A DNA stretch of 64,000 bases from Phallusia mammillata (Eukaryota), in the NCBI GenBank assembly GCA_965637545.1, contig OZ281500.1, positions 4,588,001-4,652,000 on the forward strand, read 5' to 3'. Position 1 is the stretch's first letter. Each line of letters begins with the position of its first letter. A program made the position numbers and the translations under genes. The notes beneath the pieces were generated by a model that saw nothing but the letters and a program-made list of their open reading frames with translations, searched no databases and was not told the DNA's origin. Positions 61,501 through 64,000 of this stretch are shown one piece after another.

Positions 61501-62033
61501 TTATGACAAGCAAAACTGGAGCAATTAAAGTGAAAAACACTCTTGATGCCAGACTGGAGCTTATGGGTCGTCAGGTAAAGTTTTGTTTTAATGATTGGGT
61601 GCACACAAGTTTTGGTCTGTGAGACTAGTACTTGACATATAGGAATGTCTACTGGAGGCAATCATTAGGTATAAAATGACTGCTGTCTATATGTGTGCTA
61701 ACCATTTTGATGGTATGGCATTTACTATAGTACAATGGTGACCTTGTAAAGTTAGGCCTCAATGTTTTAAAGTCCTTGGTGGCCCAAATGCTATCTACAT
61801 GGGTGGCACAGAGTGAAAAAGTCCTGCTATTGATGACAAACAATGAATTCTGCAACAATAGATTTTTTGGAAGCCTTGGATATCTATTATGTGGACATTA
61901 TAAGAAGCTATCTTGTTTTGTTTTTATTCTGCATACTGTTGTGTTGTTAATATTTGATAATATATTGCAGATGATGCCTGAAATTCGGGAGACTCTATTT
62001 GGAAAGAATCAAAACCGAAAATTTCTTTCATAA
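58533..62033 (+). CDS. ATP6V1E1: V-type proton ATPase subunit E, 226-228 aa
   Basis: Exons 58533-58571 (second in-frame ATG at 58539), 58805-58870, 58956-59065, 59979-60045, 60172-60330, 61392-61574, 61971-62033. Motifs [74 protein letters not shown]. Confidence 0.97.
60508..60942. mobile_element. hAT-like MITE, 435 bp, ATP6V1E intron 5
   Basis: 14-bp TIR tagtgatgggacga / tcgtcccatcacta; repeated gtactcggtatcg subterminal motifs. No 8-bp TSD; only gtag is duplicated at the flanks. Confidence 0.85.
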
Positions 62034-63710
62034 AATCTTCAGACAATTTTTTCCCAATCTTTTTACACTTGCAAGCTATGTGCATCATTGCTAGTATTGC
62101 AACTAGTTGTCCTTGTATTTGACACAGCACTTTGTTGCCTAAAACGTTTCGACCCATGCTTATATACAATATTGTAAGATCATTAAATGTCATTTGGATG
62201 GTACTTTATATCATTCAACTATTGTTTTTCTCTGTATTTTTTGTGATTGTGGCTTTATAGGGACTAGTTTGGGCCAAAGTATTGTTTGGAAAATGTTGTT
62301 TAACATGTTGGCTGCAACATAAAGAATTGTATGTGTAACTTCTGTGATTGTGCTCTTTATCAGTTCATTTAAAATATATCACTATTCCACATTATGTCTT
62401 TAATGGGTTGGTTAGTTTGTTTGTTTTGTGCAATAATCAAATCTCGAAGACAAATAAAATTACTGAACAAGTAGTTTTCATTGGTACTTTCGATTAGATT
62501 TTTGTTGGTGCCCTGTCAGAAACGCCACAGTTGGAAATTATATGTTCGAAAATGCAAGGTCACATACGAATGTAGGTATATAATATATTTCCGTTGTAAT
62601 AAAGTCAGAGCCTAGAGTACACGTACAATATCATAAAGTAAATTGTAAATAAACTAAATGAATTGAGGAAAACAGCCTTTTCAGTTGCTTCAAAAGGCGT
62701 TACTGAACGGAAAATGTGTTTAAAACTTGATTCATTGATTTGTGTCAAAAATGCATTGAAAACTATTCAAAGTAGAAAACTTCGCAGTGGTATAGTTTTT
62801 AGAAACATAAAAAAATCGCAATCAATGGTCACGGATTTAACCTTGCACAAACTAAGAACATAGGTTGAACCTTTTAAAACTGTTTTTAGCGGGTTATAAA
62901 AACATACATGACGGGTGTAGGATTTTGCTATGCTGATAAAACCAGTTGTAAAATATAACGGGTTGTTTCGCAACAATGTGCTGCATTATTGTGAAATCAA
63001 TGCCATTGTTTTTTAAACCTGCTTTGTAAACAAAAATGCTTTGCAAATGCCGATTTGCGTTGTTAATTTCATGCTTGGCAGCGTTTCAAATATTTATTAT
63101 TCCCCGCGGAGAAAGAAAGCTCTTCTTCGTTGCAACGAGTTCTTATTTCATTCGGAGAAACCTCGCCGTTTCGCCGCAAGTAACTTCAAGTTCAGCTGCT
63201 GTTTTCAAGCCAACGTTTAGCTTAGTTCTGTAACTGTAGTTTTTTTCTCGATTTCGTAATTCAACGCCAAGATAACAAACTGCAACCAGCCATTAGTTAT
63301 TTATTAATTTGCACAGGTGAGATACCGTTTTTTTATTGTTTTGTGTGTGCGCCTCTTAAAAGTATTAAGTTGATCGTAAACTTACTCTTAAAATAAATTT
63401 GATTTGTTAACTTAAATTATCCGCACAAATTCTTCCAGACTTGTTAAAAAAACTGGGATTTTATTTTGCACTAGAACTAAAATCACAATGTTAAAAATAG
63501 CCTTTTTACAAAATTATTTTTTAAATTTGCTAAATTGGTCTTGCAATTATAGAACCTGCATGTTAAAATTTGGTCTAAAAATAGGGAATACATGCTTTGT
63601 GTTTTTTATTTGATGTATACTTTGTTGACTGTAACTTTTTTAACAACACATGTGTTCTAGCCCGGTTTCAAATTTATGTTTAAATACAAGTTTTTATATT
63701 TATATTGCAG

Positions 63711-63923
63711 CCAAGAAAACAAAAGTCTTGTATTGAGAGAATATTTTCAGCATACCTGGTTAGTGCATTGCTTATTTGTTACCTGTTTATTTTTCAACTG
63801 TGTGTTTTCATTTTTGCACATGTGTGTGTTATTTTGCAGCACTGCCTAGTTTTCAACCACAGCCTTTGAACCTCCTATTTTCTCACTTTTTTGTTTTGTC
63901 TGTTTCAATTGCACAATGAAACG
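63711..63923 (+). other. Probable 5' leader exons and first coding bases (ATG AAA CG) of the next gene
   Basis: Donor after 63316 (cag|gtgaga). Exon-like 63711-63758 (gcag| ... |gttagt) and 63840-63923 (gcag| ... ATG at 63916 ... cg|gtgagt). Too short to identify. Confidence 0.4.
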
Positions 63924-64000
63924 GTGAGTGGTTTAGGTGGTGGATTGTCACTTTTTGTAGAAAAAACTTGCAAAAACACTGTATTTTAGGGTGCCGTATT

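Overview
AT-rich eukaryotic genomic DNA with GT-AG introns. It is most likely an invertebrate chordate (ascidian/tunicate-like); this is inferred from the vertebrate-like proteins, compact genes and TGACGTCA enrichment. I reconstructed five spliced genes by hand, all on the + strand: (1) an unnamed secreted ~750-aa protein with a signal peptide, 10 CCP/Sushi domains and one 2-Cys mini-module (5396-16338); (2) a mitochondrial glutamate carrier, SLC25A22/18-like (17389-30307); (3) adenylate kinase 2 (32324-37292); (4) a PRL/PTP4A phosphatase (42678-54982); (5) V-ATPase subunit E (58533-62033). A sixth gene probably starts at the right edge. Introns and intergenic DNA hold at least 15 non-autonomous DNA transposons (hAT, Tc2/pogo, piggyBac-like, Helentron-like, foldback), many with intact target-site duplications (TSDs). 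The most unusual object is the CCP protein: its second CCP domain carries a ~60-65-aa amphipathic helical insertion, and it also has an unpaired Cys, a collapsed half-module and an IEGRG C-terminus. Other highlights are a candidate uORF ahead of PTP4A and gene linkages that appear shared with human (SLC25A18-ATP6V1E1; AK2-PTP4A2). Most entries in the supplied ORF track are artefacts of introns or repeats. No searches were run; all comparisons to human genes are from recalled knowledge.
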